Positions 11,007 through 24,242 of a stretch of DNA of 64,000 bases are shown one piece after another. Below the pieces are notes generated by a model. That model worked only from the letters and a program-made list of their open reading frames with translations, was not told where the DNA came from and ran no database searches. This DNA comes from Chrysemys picta bellii. Its lineage: Eukaryota. Location of the stretch: assembly GCF_011386835.1 (NCBI RefSeq), contig NC_088795.1:92132001-92196000 (forward strand). Reading direction: 5' to 3'. Each line of letters begins with the position of its first letter. Position 1 is the stretch's first letter. Position numbers and translations under genes: made by a program.

Positions 11007-14000
11007 ATTTCGCAGTGGCTCTGCCCCAGCAGTCCAGCACTACTTGGAGTGGCTGGCTGGGACAGCAACATGGGGCCTCACTTCTTTCCCACAGGAGCAG
11101 CAGCAATAGCAGGGGTCTCTTCCCTTCAGGAGCAGCAGAAGTGCTCTCACCCCTGGCATGGCAGGGGTGGCAGCTGGGTCCCCCCCAGCACTCATTTCAG
11201 CAGCAGCCAAGGTATGTCTGTACAGGTGGGTGGATAGGCCAGGCCTGCTGCACTCTCTCTTCTATCCCTCACAGAGTCCTCTGCTGGGGTGATGTAGGCT
11301 CCTCACTCAGCAATGTGTTAACCTATTGAGAGGAATGGGGAAGTTCACCCCCTCTGAGTTATTGTTCCAGCCTGTCTTCAGACCCAGACAGATGTTTCTG
11401 TGTGGGTTACACTTGGGTCACATTTTCAATGCTTTTTAGTTTTTAATGAACGTTTAGATTCTGATGTAATCACATGACTCCAGGAACTGGGGCCCTAACT
11501 GCAGGCCTTTAGTATCCCTGCCTTAATGCGGCCTTCGGTGTGTAAATGAAGGCAAATTTTGGTACTCAGGAAAATTCATCCCGAGGGTTGGACTTGCAGA
11601 TGGCATCCAACGTCGCAGAAGAGCAGAGAAGGGGACTGCAGAAGTGATTATTTAAGGGACTCTGCATCTTCTGCATATTGCACAGCTTGGCTCCATGCCA
11701 TCTCCACATAGCCCAGCATGCAGAGTTTTATTGGGATTGGTGTAGCTACTGGCTCCAAAGTTAGATTTCTACTGGCGACAAATCCTCTGTTGGAAGGACT
11801 AAAACGGGCTGTAATAGAGACCATCAGCAAGCTGCACAGATGACCACAGACTGGTGTCAATTCTGGCCATAGCCTCCATAGAGTTCCCTGCAGAAAGTTC
11901 TGGTATGTGTGAGGAAGGTCAACTTCACCCTTTGGGAGAAACTTCAGTTGAGGCTGCATGGACAGTATGTTTATAAAAAAAAGACTAATACTCTTATCAG
12001 AGCTCCACATAGATGGCACCTATAACATTTTGATTATTACAATTTTCAGTAATTTGACTCTACTAATCTACTCATTTGTATTATACTGAGCCCACAGCAT
12101 GTGCCAATGAATACACTAGAAGCTGAAGTAACTTAACTGAAGAAAATGAATAACTGAATAAGCCCAGTATGACAGAATGTACACTATGCTGTCCTGTTGT
12201 AAATATTTTCAGCAGTTTGGAAGGATAAAATGCCTTCAATTAGAAAGGTCTCTCATTAAAATCAGATGGGATATACCAGTATTTGTTGTGGTGTTCAGTA
12301 AATTGAGGCAAACTGTACAATGTGTTATAATTAAAGACCACAAACTGTAATGAAACATTTCTTTTGGTTTTGCATACCATAAGTAAACTTCTAAATCATG
12401 AAGTACAATTTCATTAACTGGTGCATCTCCAACTTTAGACCTTCCAGTCTTTATTCTCATTCCAGTGGGGTAGAATGAATCCCAACTGGAAAATATTCCC
12501 ACTTTTTATTTTATGGTTTTGTGAAGAAAATCTAAAACTGCCTCAAACCATTCAAAAGAACCAGCTGAATGGGTCTGTTAATTGTGCAGCACCAGGCATT
12601 AGTTCAAAGAAGCATCTAGTGTACTCAACCTGGGTTGATAAGAGGCAGATTTAACATAGGACCTCACATAAAGAGACACTTCACCATCCCTATGACCCCG
12701 ATTCTACAAAGCACTCAAGCATGTGCTTAATTCTCATGGAAATCAAAGCATGTGTTTAAGTCCCATTGCTGAATATGGATGGACGTAAGCACTTGCTCAC
12801 AGTTAAGCATGTGTAGCTTAAATACTATTTTAAAACTCCATTGTATATAATGATGACATTTCATTAGTAATGATTTAGTTTAAGTTTTATATTGATTCAC
12901 TGCAATTCAGTTTTTAGTATATTTTGAAGGATAAACAAAAGAACTTATAGCATGAATCAAAGGATATAAGCAAAGATCCATTAGCCACATACATCTGCAT
13001 TCGTGACTGCTGATTTTTTTCTTTTGTTTTTAACATGAAATAGGATTGCTGCAGATTCGGTGTTTTCTAATGAGTGCATCTTCAGAGCTGGCCTTCCTTT
13101 CTTTGAAAATAATGTTTGAACTGAATAATGCTTCCTTTCTTAGTGGAAAATTTATCATTATGGTAACTGAAGGCACTGTATTTTAGTGATTCATGTAATC
13201 ACTAGATTAGTTTTCCTCCAATGAAAATATTCTTTCAGACAAAAAAGATGCCTTTGTTGTTACTGTAAACATTCATGCTCAGTCACTTTATTGCAATACT
13301 GTATACCTGTATGGCTTTTTATCTCTTAGGTGTTTATGGCCTGGTACTTTCTTCTTTTATTCTTGTCTATAAAAGGTAAGATTTTTGTAATGTTTAGCTT
13401 GCCTGTTTTAAAATAGTCAAACCTGAAATCAAGATTACGGAATATGACCTTAATTTTTAAAAGGCTAGTCATTCTAGTACTGATTCTTCAGCTGTTGACT
13501 CATAAGAAATTGACTTTTTTTAAATAAATGTGGATTATTTTCTTTTTGCATGGCTCTAAACTGAGCTATTTAAACCACTCTACTTGCAGGCTATAATTGG
13601 TCAGTAGCATCTGACCGAATATGCTACGTTCTGAGTAGATAACATTTTTTTTAGTTTGAAGTATGAATTTAAAAGTAAAGAGATTTTTTTTTAAAACTTT
13701 AATATACAAAAATAACTTACAACTATCATATTTTAGGGAAGGTGCTGTGATGGACTTACAAAAAGGAATATATAAATTTTAATTGTGTTTTTGCTTTACA
13801 AAAAGAGTGTTCTAAATAATATTTAGCACTTCCATAGTACTTTTCATCTGTAGCTATTGAAAAAACACTAGAAGGATTAAAAAACAGTAAATATAGATAG
13901 ATAAACGGAGACAGTTAGGATAAAGGAGACCTGCAAGACGGAGGGGTGGGGCAGAGGAGGGAGTAGAATAAGCGGTGGTCTTTTTTGCTGCTGTATGTTA

Positions 14001-14449
14001 TATAAAAAAGGCTTGAAAGGTCTCTCTTTTTTTAACAAGGCTTCTTTTTCATATTAAAAATATTCTAGGCCTGAAACTCTGTGATTATTGGAAAATTAGT
14101 GAAATGGTGACATATCTCAAGAGCCAAGAAAGTGAAAGTTGAACAATTGAGGTGGAAAGTGATTTCTGGTTAAACTGTTTTTAAAACTCTGGTTTTAATT
14201 GTTTTTGCTAACACCTATACAATTCCAATGACTAACTAACGTTATGGATAAAGGAATCTTTTTTTAAAATTCAGCACCTTTGTCTTTTCAGTGAAGGTGT
14301 TAGATCTTACAATAAACATTCTCTGATTCCTCCCAGAGGTCCTTTAGCATAAGCAAGGAAAACCAAACCTGATATTTTGACTGCTTTAAAAATAAAGTCA
14401 ATCAGAAAAAATTGCTCAGGCCTCATTTATGCACCATAAAGAAGCAAAA

Positions 14450-14560
14450 AAGGGATAAGTGATATTTAAGTGATTTGCCTGGGGTCCCAGCAAGTCAATG
14501 GCAGAACCAGGAATAGAACCTAGGATCCTTGAAGCCAGAGTCTGTGGTTAGAGACCTAGA
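14450..14560 (-). mobile_element. MIR-like SINE fragment
   Basis: taagtgatttgcctggggtcccagcaagtcaatggcagaaccaggaatagaacctagg is the reverse-strand MIR head/core. Confidence 0.55.
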
Positions 14561-15033
14561 TCTGTGTTCAAAGTCCATCTTCTTAAAAAACAAATGAAGC
14601 TTAAATTTCAAAAGTTCTAAAGCAGATTAGGGTTATTCAGTCTTTTCTAGCTGCCTCTTCCTCCTTCAGGGGAAAACAACCACAAACCTTTGTCTTGAAC
14701 CAGTCCTCAGGTTTTCATCCAGCTCTTTAAACCTGTACTAAATGTTGATAAGCTGCAAGAGAAAAGACATACTAAGGAAAAGCATAAAAGCAAATGGAAT
14801 TTATGTGTATGTTAAAAATAAAAGTAAAAACTGCAAATGATTTTCGTTACCTGAGAAGTCTGAACATGCAGGTGTGTGCAGCCTACTTTCCTCTGTGCTA
14901 AGTAACCAGTAGGGTGTGGTTTGCTGAAGCTTTAAATCACTTAGGAGTATGCAGTGAAGCTTGTCTTTTCTACCTTTTGTGATGTCATGCATTTCCTTGT
15001 GTGGTACAACCAATAAGAATTTTCTTCCTACAG

Positions 15034-15162
15034 AGATCAGACTGAAAGGTAAAACACTGTTGTTCGGCAGACATCTGCCAAAGTTCATTAATTTACACCT
15101 GCAGGAATCTAGCAGCGGCATACAATTCTGTATATGAATCAAAGACAAAGTAAGACAGAAAG
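15034..15162 (+). other. Candidate non-coding 5' UTR exon of LNX1
   Basis: Acceptor tttcttcctacag (ends 15033) and perfect donor AAG|GTGAGT (15163) in a repeat-poor block upstream of the RING exon; splice signals only, no transcript evidence. Confidence 0.25.
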
Positions 15163-18100
15163 GTGAGTTTAAACCATTTTGTTCTGACTTTTATTCTTCA
15201 GTTGGCCATACATTTGTCTAAAAAACAAATGTGAAAGGAACTAATCATGTGAACAAAACACTGTACTTTTTTAGAGGAAAAGACTATTTAAGGGTTGATT
15301 AGTATCTCAGCTTTTATAATTATGAAGTGACACTCTAACATGGCCGCAGCAGTGAGTTTTTATTACTTCATATACATAGGGTTCAGTCTCTCCATAACCT
15401 AATACACTGATCATTTTCATACTCCAGAAGAGAAGACTTGTAACTTTTTTGCAGTGTAACAGTATTGCTTCCTAACTGCTTTTAAAATACTAATCTAGCT
15501 GATAAGGATAGTGGCAACTTTCATCTACTAAATCTGTTTGCTAGTTTTGTTTTATTTTATATTGTATTTTTCTAAGTAAACTTTCATCTGTGGTAAAGTA
15601 TGTTAAAATCAAAATGATACCCCTTCAGATCAGAACGTTGAACTACATTTGAAAAGAGAAACTATTTAATTCAATTTGTGTTAATTTGCTTTTGGCACAG
15701 ATTGTCTTTCACTAGCTTAATCTTGCAGTCACATTTCAACTTAAAGCAACTACATTTTTTAATAATATACCTGCAGACTATGACCTTGATCCTTTAGACA
15801 GTTACATTTATGAATAATTTATGCATATGTTAATAGTCCCATTAACTTCTATGGGTCATCTGACCTATGTAAAATTAAGCTTGTGCAAAAGTTCACAGGA
15901 CTGTACCCTGTATTGGCACATAGATGCTAAGGCCCAAATTTCAGCAAAATATTTAAGTATGTACTTAAGTCCATCCCATCCCTGCAAAGTCACTTACGCA
16001 CATGTAGTCAAAGGGACTTTATCAGGTGCTGAAGATAAGCAGGTACTTAAGTGTTTTTCTGGTCTGGGAGGATGGACTGCTGAATTGAGGTCTTGTATAC
16101 CTAGCTCAGAAATATCATAAATAGAATATACAGAACACAGTTGTGGTAATTCATGCTTTTCTTTTATTGGCAAGCAAATTGGTAACAAATTGTTCAGCCA
16201 GCAATAAAAAGAGCAAGACTGGCCTTAAAAGTTCTCATGGGGGAGCTACATCAGGTGATTGATTTTTATTTATGTATTTACACCGAACTGCATTGTGGAA
16301 TCCTATGTAAAAATTGAGGGCCTGGTTTTTCCCTAGGATCTATTTGTATTTGCTCAGTCAGATTTCTGCAGGACAATACCAATAGCAAGGCAGTTGTTCC
16401 AGTGAAATAAAAACAGCACTTTATATTATCTGCTATTGTTAGAACAACAAAAGCACTAATCTATAAATGGAATGCTAGGATTCACCATTGGGTTATATAA
16501 GGCATTTGAAAAGATGCTTTCTTTGAGGAGTTCTACAGTAAATACTCTAATCCACTTCTTTGCTGAGATGAAATTAGAAAATTCTTCTTAAGGAAGTAAT
16601 CTGTTAGTAATTTACTATCCTGTACTCTTCCACCCAAAAACTAAGAGTGTATATTTTCCAAAAATATAAATTGAAACAAGCTGTCTGTTAGCCTTCTCTT
16701 GCCACCTGAAAATATTTCTGCCGCTGCTGTCAATTCCTTTTACTCGCTTGGGACCCGTCTTGTTCTCGGTTCCACTAATATTAGTGCTATTTAGAGGATT
16801 GTTCTTTGCCTGTGTGTTTGGGCGTTAACTGCTGCAGTGCTTTATTGTAGCACTGAGTTGGAAAAAGGGAGGTCCCTAACTCAATATCGTGCTTGTTTAT
16901 CAGAGGAAAAAATTAAAATATCCTATGTGAGAATTCTGAAGAGTGTCCAGTATCTCCCCCAGGATAACATTTTTGTGCAAAATGCCAATAAAGCGTGCAC
17001 ATAGGATTAGATGATTGATAAGCTTCATTTCATTGTAGAACATTCAGTTACTGTGTTGCATGTAAAAATATCCAATAAATCAAGCAACTCTTTTTCAAGC
17101 AGGAAAGCAAACAATAAGGGGATTCTCGAAGTGAGAGAGCTATCCAAATTGTCTGTTAAAGGGATACTATCCAGACTGACCACTCCAAAACGTGACCTAT
17201 TTTAATATGGCCCCAGTCCTGCAGTGTGATCTGCCTGAGCAGACCACTGTGCCCATGCACAGGTTCATTGACTTCAGTAGAACAGACTTTTTTATAGTGT
17301 AAATAAAGTCAGTTTTTTCTAATGAAAATGGCTATACACTGAAGACATGCAGAAATTCAATATTTTCCCATGATTGAAATGCAGAAATAATTGCTTCACT
17401 GAAATTTCACCCAAAGAAATCAGGGCATGCGAAACTGTACATCTTTTTCTATTAAACTTTGGAAAACACACATTTTGATTTTTTTGCACTTGTTTGGCTT
17501 AAAAAAAAATCACCCGAAATCAGAATAAAATATGCGACGTGCGGATATCAAATGTGCAAATGAAAACTTTCACTTTAAATAAATCTCAGAGCAGCAACTG
17601 CACTTACATGGCTATGATGTAGCCATGGTGGCACACAGAATGGACTTTCATCCTGCACGCTTCCTTCAGCAAGAGTCAGTATGGGAGGACTTACAATTTT
17701 GAAGGATTTAAGAAACCTGTCTTCCAACCTTGTTGACCTTATGCTCTACTTCCTTCGAGCTTGGCTCTATAACCCTTCTGTAAAAGCATACCTTCTTTTT
17801 CATGTTGGACATGACCTCACCGTTGCAGGTGTCTTGTTCTCAACCTGATGCAAGAATGTAACTTGCCAGGAGAATACTGCCAACAACAAATGGGTGTGCA
17901 CAGGTTTGGCTGAACCAGACTCTGCATTCCCTAAATCCCTATGTCTGAATACACACTGGATGCTGCTTGGCAGGAAACTTCATGAAATGAACCCACTGCA
18001 GTTTTTCGGTACCTATGGCTGCCTCCTACAGATTTGTCATTGACAGGGAATGGTTTGGCCCAAAACACAGTGAAAGGTGGGATCTCATCTCTTCCCTAAC

Positions 18101-19558
18101 CCATTTGCTTCAGTGATGTGAACATCAAAGCCTATGAGTACTATTTAAATACTACTGTTATAAAATACAGGTAATTGCTGCTTTTTCTTTGGAGTTCACC
18201 TTTAAGGCTGATTTTTGAGTGCAGACATTCATAACACCAAAAATGTACTACTCGACTTCAGGACTACAGCAGTATTTTGCAAATAGAATTTAATGCTAGG
18301 AAATTTGTACCACATCCCTGTTTCTTGTAGTTCCATTGCAATGAGGTCATCTAATTGCTCTACAGCTGCTTAGGAGGATATCAAGATATAGACTCTGAGA
18401 GGCCTTATTGGGCAGGACGGTCTGAGATTACTGCAAATGGCTAAGCTTCATAGGAGGAAAAATAAAAATAAAAAATCCAAATAAAAAACTGATCCATGCA
18501 GCCATTTTCACCTGATCTTTTGGCATGTGCCCATAAGAGTTATGAATTCACACTAATTGGTCTCCTCCCACCAGATTAAGTTGCACCAAATTGATCTCCA
18601 CACCCTCAAAACCAGTTCCTGGAAGAAGACATTAATTCAGCCACAGTATTCACAATCTTCTTTAGCCATAAGTTACCAGCATGTCCTGGCTGATAAAATA
18701 GAACTCTATTAAGCCTCTTCATTTTGAGAAGAATGTTCCGAATGCATTAATAGTGGGCTAATAAAGCATGAATGTTAATTAGTACTGTACTTTAAAGGGT
18801 GATTTAATGGAGTTACACTTGCATGAAACAGGTGGAAAGCAGTGTGAATCAAGTCCAGTGAGTAGTACCTGACTCAGTGGCACTATTCACAGAATAAAGT
18901 GCTCCTCAACATGAGTAAATGTGGCAGAATCTGGCCCTGAGCAAAGTTTATGTGCATAAGTATTTTCAGGACAGAGCCTTTAGTCAGTAGCCTGCTGAAT
19001 ATAGGGGTTTAGAATGGAAACACTTTATGCAAAACTTAACCATAGCAATTGCTTCTACTTCCACTATGATGCTTAGTGCTCTTATAGGCAAAATAGGCAA
19101 TGTGCACTGTTACTGTGATTTACAGATGAGATACACAGCCCACCCTTTCTTGTTCAGTTTATCCAAGGCCTGTAGGGATTAGAGGCAGTATCAGAACTCA
19201 AGCCATGTTATTTGGGCCACTAGGCCACACTTTTGTCTCACCATTTATTCCCTTATTTTAAACGACATCTTACTTTTGACACAGTAATTAACATTCAGCC
19301 TAGCAGTAAGGTTCAGTTTTTAGAAAAATATCTAGAGGTTCATTCAAACTTCTTAAGCCATGGCTCCTCAGAGCATCTAAAGGCCTACTCCCACCCTTGT
19401 ATTGACTTTTTTTTGGAGGGCCTGATCCCCCAGCATATTCGGGGGCTGCCCACTGGCCTACTTCACCCTCCTGTTTCATCTCATCCTTCCTCCTGACAGA
19501 CTTAGGATTTGACCCAGTGCTCCCTGGGGTATCTCAGTCCCAGAATGCTAATAGACTG

Positions 19559-19790
19559 TGTAATGGGGGTGACGACTCACCCTGCAGCACCTCCTGCTGG
19601 TCATCCAGGGAATTAGCTCGCCGGCCTCCAGAAGCGCCCTCTGCAGGTCGGTGTCTCGCTTGCCACTGGCCCTGGTGTCCCTCCCGGACCCCAGTGCCCC
19701 TTCTCTTGGGGTTCTGCCCCCTGCAGTACCCCATAGTCTTGCTGGGTCTCCCCTCCCTGGGGAACCCCCAGTCCCCTATCTTCACCGCAG
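19559..19790. mobile_element. Truncated LTR fragment (Gypsy-type, turtle)
   Basis: Begins TGTAATGGGGGTGACGACTCACCCTGCAGCACCTCCTGCTGGTC..., recalled as a common turtle LTR start; GC-rich. Confidence 0.5.
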
Positions 19791-19894
19791 TCTTTGGCCA
19801 GCTGAGGATCAGGCCCTGAAAGTAAACAATGTGTGCTTTTTCCCAGATCCAGGATGCAACAATGTTTCTACAGTTATAACACAATGTGTGGTCT

Positions 19895-20120
19895 AGTATG
19901 CATGGACTGGGAATCAGGACTCCTGGGTTTTATCCCTGACTGCTAAGAATTCATTGTGGGATACTGGAATTCAGTTAACCTCTCTGCAGCTCACCAGATT
20001 AATCTATGAAATGGGCATTAAAAAACCCAAGGTCACATGGGGTGTTGTGAGAATGGATTAAATACTATGTAAAGCATTTTAAGATCTATAGAGGAAAGGA
20101 GTTATGTAAGCGTACAGTAC
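19895..20120 (+). mobile_element. MIR-like SINE
   Basis: ggactgggaatcaggactcctgggttttatccc head and ttaacctctctg...ctatgaaatggg core. Confidence 0.55.
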
Positions 20121-22014
20121 AATTAATGCAGCATACTCACTGCTACAGAATTAATGCAGCTACCAATTATGTGTACTGTGTTTTATAGTTAAGCTATTAC
20201 TATTATCTGATGGACATGTCATGGTACTGTTAAGCATCCTATTTGTTGCCAACAAACGTAATAATAGCTGGCGTTTGTGAATGTTTAGCCCTAGAGCTAA
20301 GTCCCCTTTTCAGAAGGGAAGTGGGCACCTCAGAGCCTGTATACCACTCTCTTTCAATGCACTTCAGGGCTCCTAAGTGCCTGTGTCATTTTTGAAAATG
20401 AGAGTAGAGCCTCTCCAGTCACTTCAAAGGTTATCCCTTGTTGAAATAGCAGTTTCAAGAAAATTATGAGAGCAAATTTAACGTGTGAAACCAGAAAAAA
20501 CATCAGTTGACAGCATTAAGCTTCCAAGTAACCAACAGAAGACCTGGGACTGAGGGGGTGTGGGGAGAATGTGAGTGCTCAACTCTCAAACCTAGCTCGC
20601 CCTGTGCCCACTCACCCTTCTTCCCTTTCACGGTACCTTCCTCCATTTAAAACTCTTGCTGGAACCCTGCTTTTCACTTTCTTTCCTTCCTTCCCGTCCT
20701 CGTTCTACATCCTGGGAGTAATCATCCTGCAGTCCTGGGGTGTATTTTTGTTTCTAGAAACACTACTCCTTTATGCAGCATGAGGAGCTCCCCACACCTC
20801 CAGTTCTACTTTAGTAGCACCTCTGATCAGAGCTCCCCTCTCCTCTGGAGCTGGCAGAGAGAGAGCCAGTCCAAGGACTCACTACTGCAGAACCTGACAG
20901 AAGGTGCAAGAGCCAGATGAGGATGTTCAACAAAGCTGTACAGGGAGAATGGATTGGAATAGTTTCTTCTAAGACCAGGAATGAGTGCAGCATGCCCTTG
21001 GGTGCTGGTTGTATAGGCTCAGTCCAGGGGGTAAATCTAATACCGACAACACACTCTGCTAACCCAGTTGGAGGCCTGAGAGGAATGTAAAGAGAGATTA
21101 AGACTATTGGTAAATCTGTATTAAGATTAAAACTTTCAAATTTCCATACATTTCCCTTTCTTTTTAAACTATTGTAGCTTTCTAGTATATAGCTATGGTA
21201 AGTAGGGTATGGGAACACAGTATACAGTATGTATACAGGATACACAGTGATTGAGGGAATGTTCCATTGTTAGTGTCCAGGGTTATTAGGGTTAGTGGTT
21301 TGTATGGCATGTAAACATACAGTAAACCCTGGCTACCTGGACCCCGCTAACAGAAGGTTAGTTATATGTCCTGGGTGTTGCTGAAGTTTTCACAGCAGTC
21401 TGGTTCCAGGAATCTGGAGCACAGTCAGCAGGAAGCCAGCTGGCTTCCCTACAGCCAGTCAAATGAGGACCAAAGCAGAGTGAAGCTGTCCACCCACCAG
21501 CTTCCCCTAGGCTTGCCAGCTGAACTTACTAAAACCCTCAATTATCCAAAGGTTTTAACATTTATTAGTTTCTATAAAGAGAGACCACAATCCATGAAAA
21601 ATATTAATATGGGTAGATATTTCATCCCATTTTAGATCTGTGTGATGGATATGTTTATCTATAAACTATATCTATTGTAGTGGTATTGAGTCATCTGTAG
21701 TATTTTCTCTATATAGAGCGTACAGTTAGTAGAGTGGTATAAAGTTATTATTGGGATGATTAAGTTGGTGGCATTACCTCCAATTCACAAACCCATGAGT
21801 GAGTCAGGCAGGTCATTCTAAACCAGAGCCAACACAAATATACTGCACAAGCACAAAATATATTTATGCCACATTTTAGAATAAAGCTACTTAGACATTT
21901 TTAGAGGGTTATTTAGTTTGCCTGTTTCAGCTTTATTCGTTTTTGGTATTCCATAAATTGGATAGTCTGCTTGGCTGAGTTACTCTGTTGCCTAACTACG
22001 GCTACCTGATTTTT

Positions 22015-23670
22015 AGAATATAAGAATGGCCATACTGGGTTAGACCAACGGTCCATCTAGCCCTGTCTTCTGACAATGCCCAGTGCCAGAAACTTCAGAG
22101 GGAATATACAGAACAGAGCAATTTATTGAGTGATCCATCCCCTGTCGTCCACTCCCAGCTTCTGGCAGTCAGAGATTTAGGAACACCCAGAACATGCAGT
22201 TGCATCCCTGAGCATCTTGAGTAATAGCCATTGAGGGATCTATCCTCCATGAAATTAGCTAATTCTTTTTTAACTCAGTTATACTTTTGGCCTTCCAATC
22301 CCTTGGCAACAGATTCCACAGGTTGGCTGTGCATTGTATGAAGAACTACTTCCTTATGTTTGTTTTAAACCTGCTGCCTATTAATTTAATTGGGTGACCC
22401 CTGGTTCTTGTGTTATGAGAAGGAGTAAATAACACTTCCTTATTTACTTTCTCCACACCAGTCATGATTTTATAGACCTCTATCATATTGCCCCTTAGTT
22501 ATCTCTTTTCCAAGATGAAAAGTCCCAGACTTATTAATCTTGCCTCATATGGAAGTTGCTCCATATCCCTAAACATTTTTGTTGCTCTTTTCTGAACCTT
22601 TTCCAATTCCAATACATCTTTTTTGAGGTGGGGTGATCAGAACAGCATGCAATATTCAAGGTGTGGGTATGGATTTAGATGGTGGCCTGATGATATTTTC
22701 TGTCTTATTATCTATCCCTTAATGGTTCCTAGCATTGTTAGCTTTTTTGACTTCTGCTACACATTGAACAGATGTTTTCAGAGAACTATCCACAATGACG
22801 ACAAGATCTTTCTTGAGTGGTAACAGTTAATTTAGACCTAATCATTTTGTAGTCATACTTGTATTTTCCAATATCAACACTGAATTTCATCTGCCATTTT
22901 GTTGCCCGGTCACCCAGTTTTGTGCAACCTCTTTTTCCAGATCATTTATGAATATGTTGAACAATACTGGGCCCAGTACAGATTCTAGGGGGACCTAGCT
23001 CTGAACACTGAAAACTGACCATTTATTCCTACCCTTGGTTTCCTATCTTTTAATCAGTTATTGATCCATGAAATGACCTTCCCTTATTCTATGACTGCCT
23101 GCTTTGCTTAAGTGCCTTTGGTGATGAACCTTGTCAAAGGCTTTCTGAAAGTCCAAGTACATTATATCCAATGGATCATCCTTATCCATGTTTGTTGACC
23201 CCCACCCAAAGAATTCCTATAGTTTGATGAGGCATAATTTCCTTTACAAAAGCCATGTTGACTCTTCCGCAATATATTGTGTTCATCTGTGTGTCTGATA
23301 ATTCTTTTCTTTACTATTGTTTCAACCAGTTTGCCTGGTACTGAAGTTAGGCTTACTGGCCTGCAATTGCCTCTATAACCTTTTTTAAAAATCAGCATTA
23401 CATTAGCTATCCTCCAGTCATCTGGTACAGAGGCTGATTTAACTGATAGGTTACATACCGCAGTTAGGAGTTCTGCAGTTTCATTTCTGAGTTCCTTCAG
23501 AGCTCTTGGGTGAATACCATCTGGTCCTGGTGACTTATTACTGTTAAATTTATCAGTTTGTTCCAAAACCTCCTCTAATGACACCTCAATCTGGGTCAGT
23601 TCCTCAGATTTGTCACCTAAAAAGAATGGCTCAGGTGTGGGAATCTCTCTCACGTCCTCTGTAGTGAAGG
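22015..23670 (-). mobile_element. CR1 LINE, 5'-truncated and degraded (about 1.65 kb)
   Basis: ORF 23162-23683 encodes the RT N-terminus (KSPGPDGIHPRALKEL...WRIANV..IFKKG..RPVSLTSVPGKLVE..SQHGFCKG); 3' UTR at 22015-22300; an internal deletion near 22935 appears to remove the FADD motif. Confidence 0.92.
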
Positions 23671-23899
23671 CTGTGGTATGCAAAATAGAAAATGTTCTGC
23701 TTGTTCTAACTAAACTAAGTCAAAGTGGGGTTAAGAACCTGCTGGTAATTCCTTCCAACACCATTCTAGCTATACTTTTCCTGTCCTCTCCCAGCTGCCT
23801 CGCCATCTGCCTTTTTCACTTCATTCCCCCACCCAGTCTCTTACTTTCCCCCCTATTTAGCCACTGAAGGCAGCCCAGGAGTATCCTGTGGGCCCATTT

Positions 23900-24242
23900 C
23901 ATAGACACTGACTTTTTCCTTTGCCGAAGGGTGCTCAATCCCTGCTCCGATTCCCACTCCACCCTTTCCCCTAAGCCCCTGCCTCTTTCCGCCCCTCCCC
24001 CAAGTGTTCCCTATCCGCACTCCTCCCCCTCCCTCCCAGTGCCTCCTGCATGCTGAGGAAAGCTGATTGCAGCAGCTGGGAGGCACTGGGAGGGAGGGGG
24101 GAGCAGTTGATCCGTGGGGCTGCTGGTCTACAGGAGGCTCTGGATTGGAGGGGGGAGCTGGCTACCAGTGGGTGCTAAGCACCTGCTAATTTTTTTCTGT
24201 GGGTGCCCCAGCCCTGGAGCACCCAAGAAGTCGGCACCTATG
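23900..24242. mobile_element. hAT (Tip100-like) MITE
   Basis: TIRs CATAGACACTGAC / GTCGGCACCTATG; exact 8-bp TSD GCCCATTT at 23892-23899 and 24243-24250. Confidence 0.9.

Noticed and set aside
11648-12019. 123-aa ORF in a non-repetitive-looking, GC-balanced stretch
   Set aside because: I inspected several frames on both strands and recognised no protein family or splice-bounded exon; a BLASTX/Dfam search would settle it
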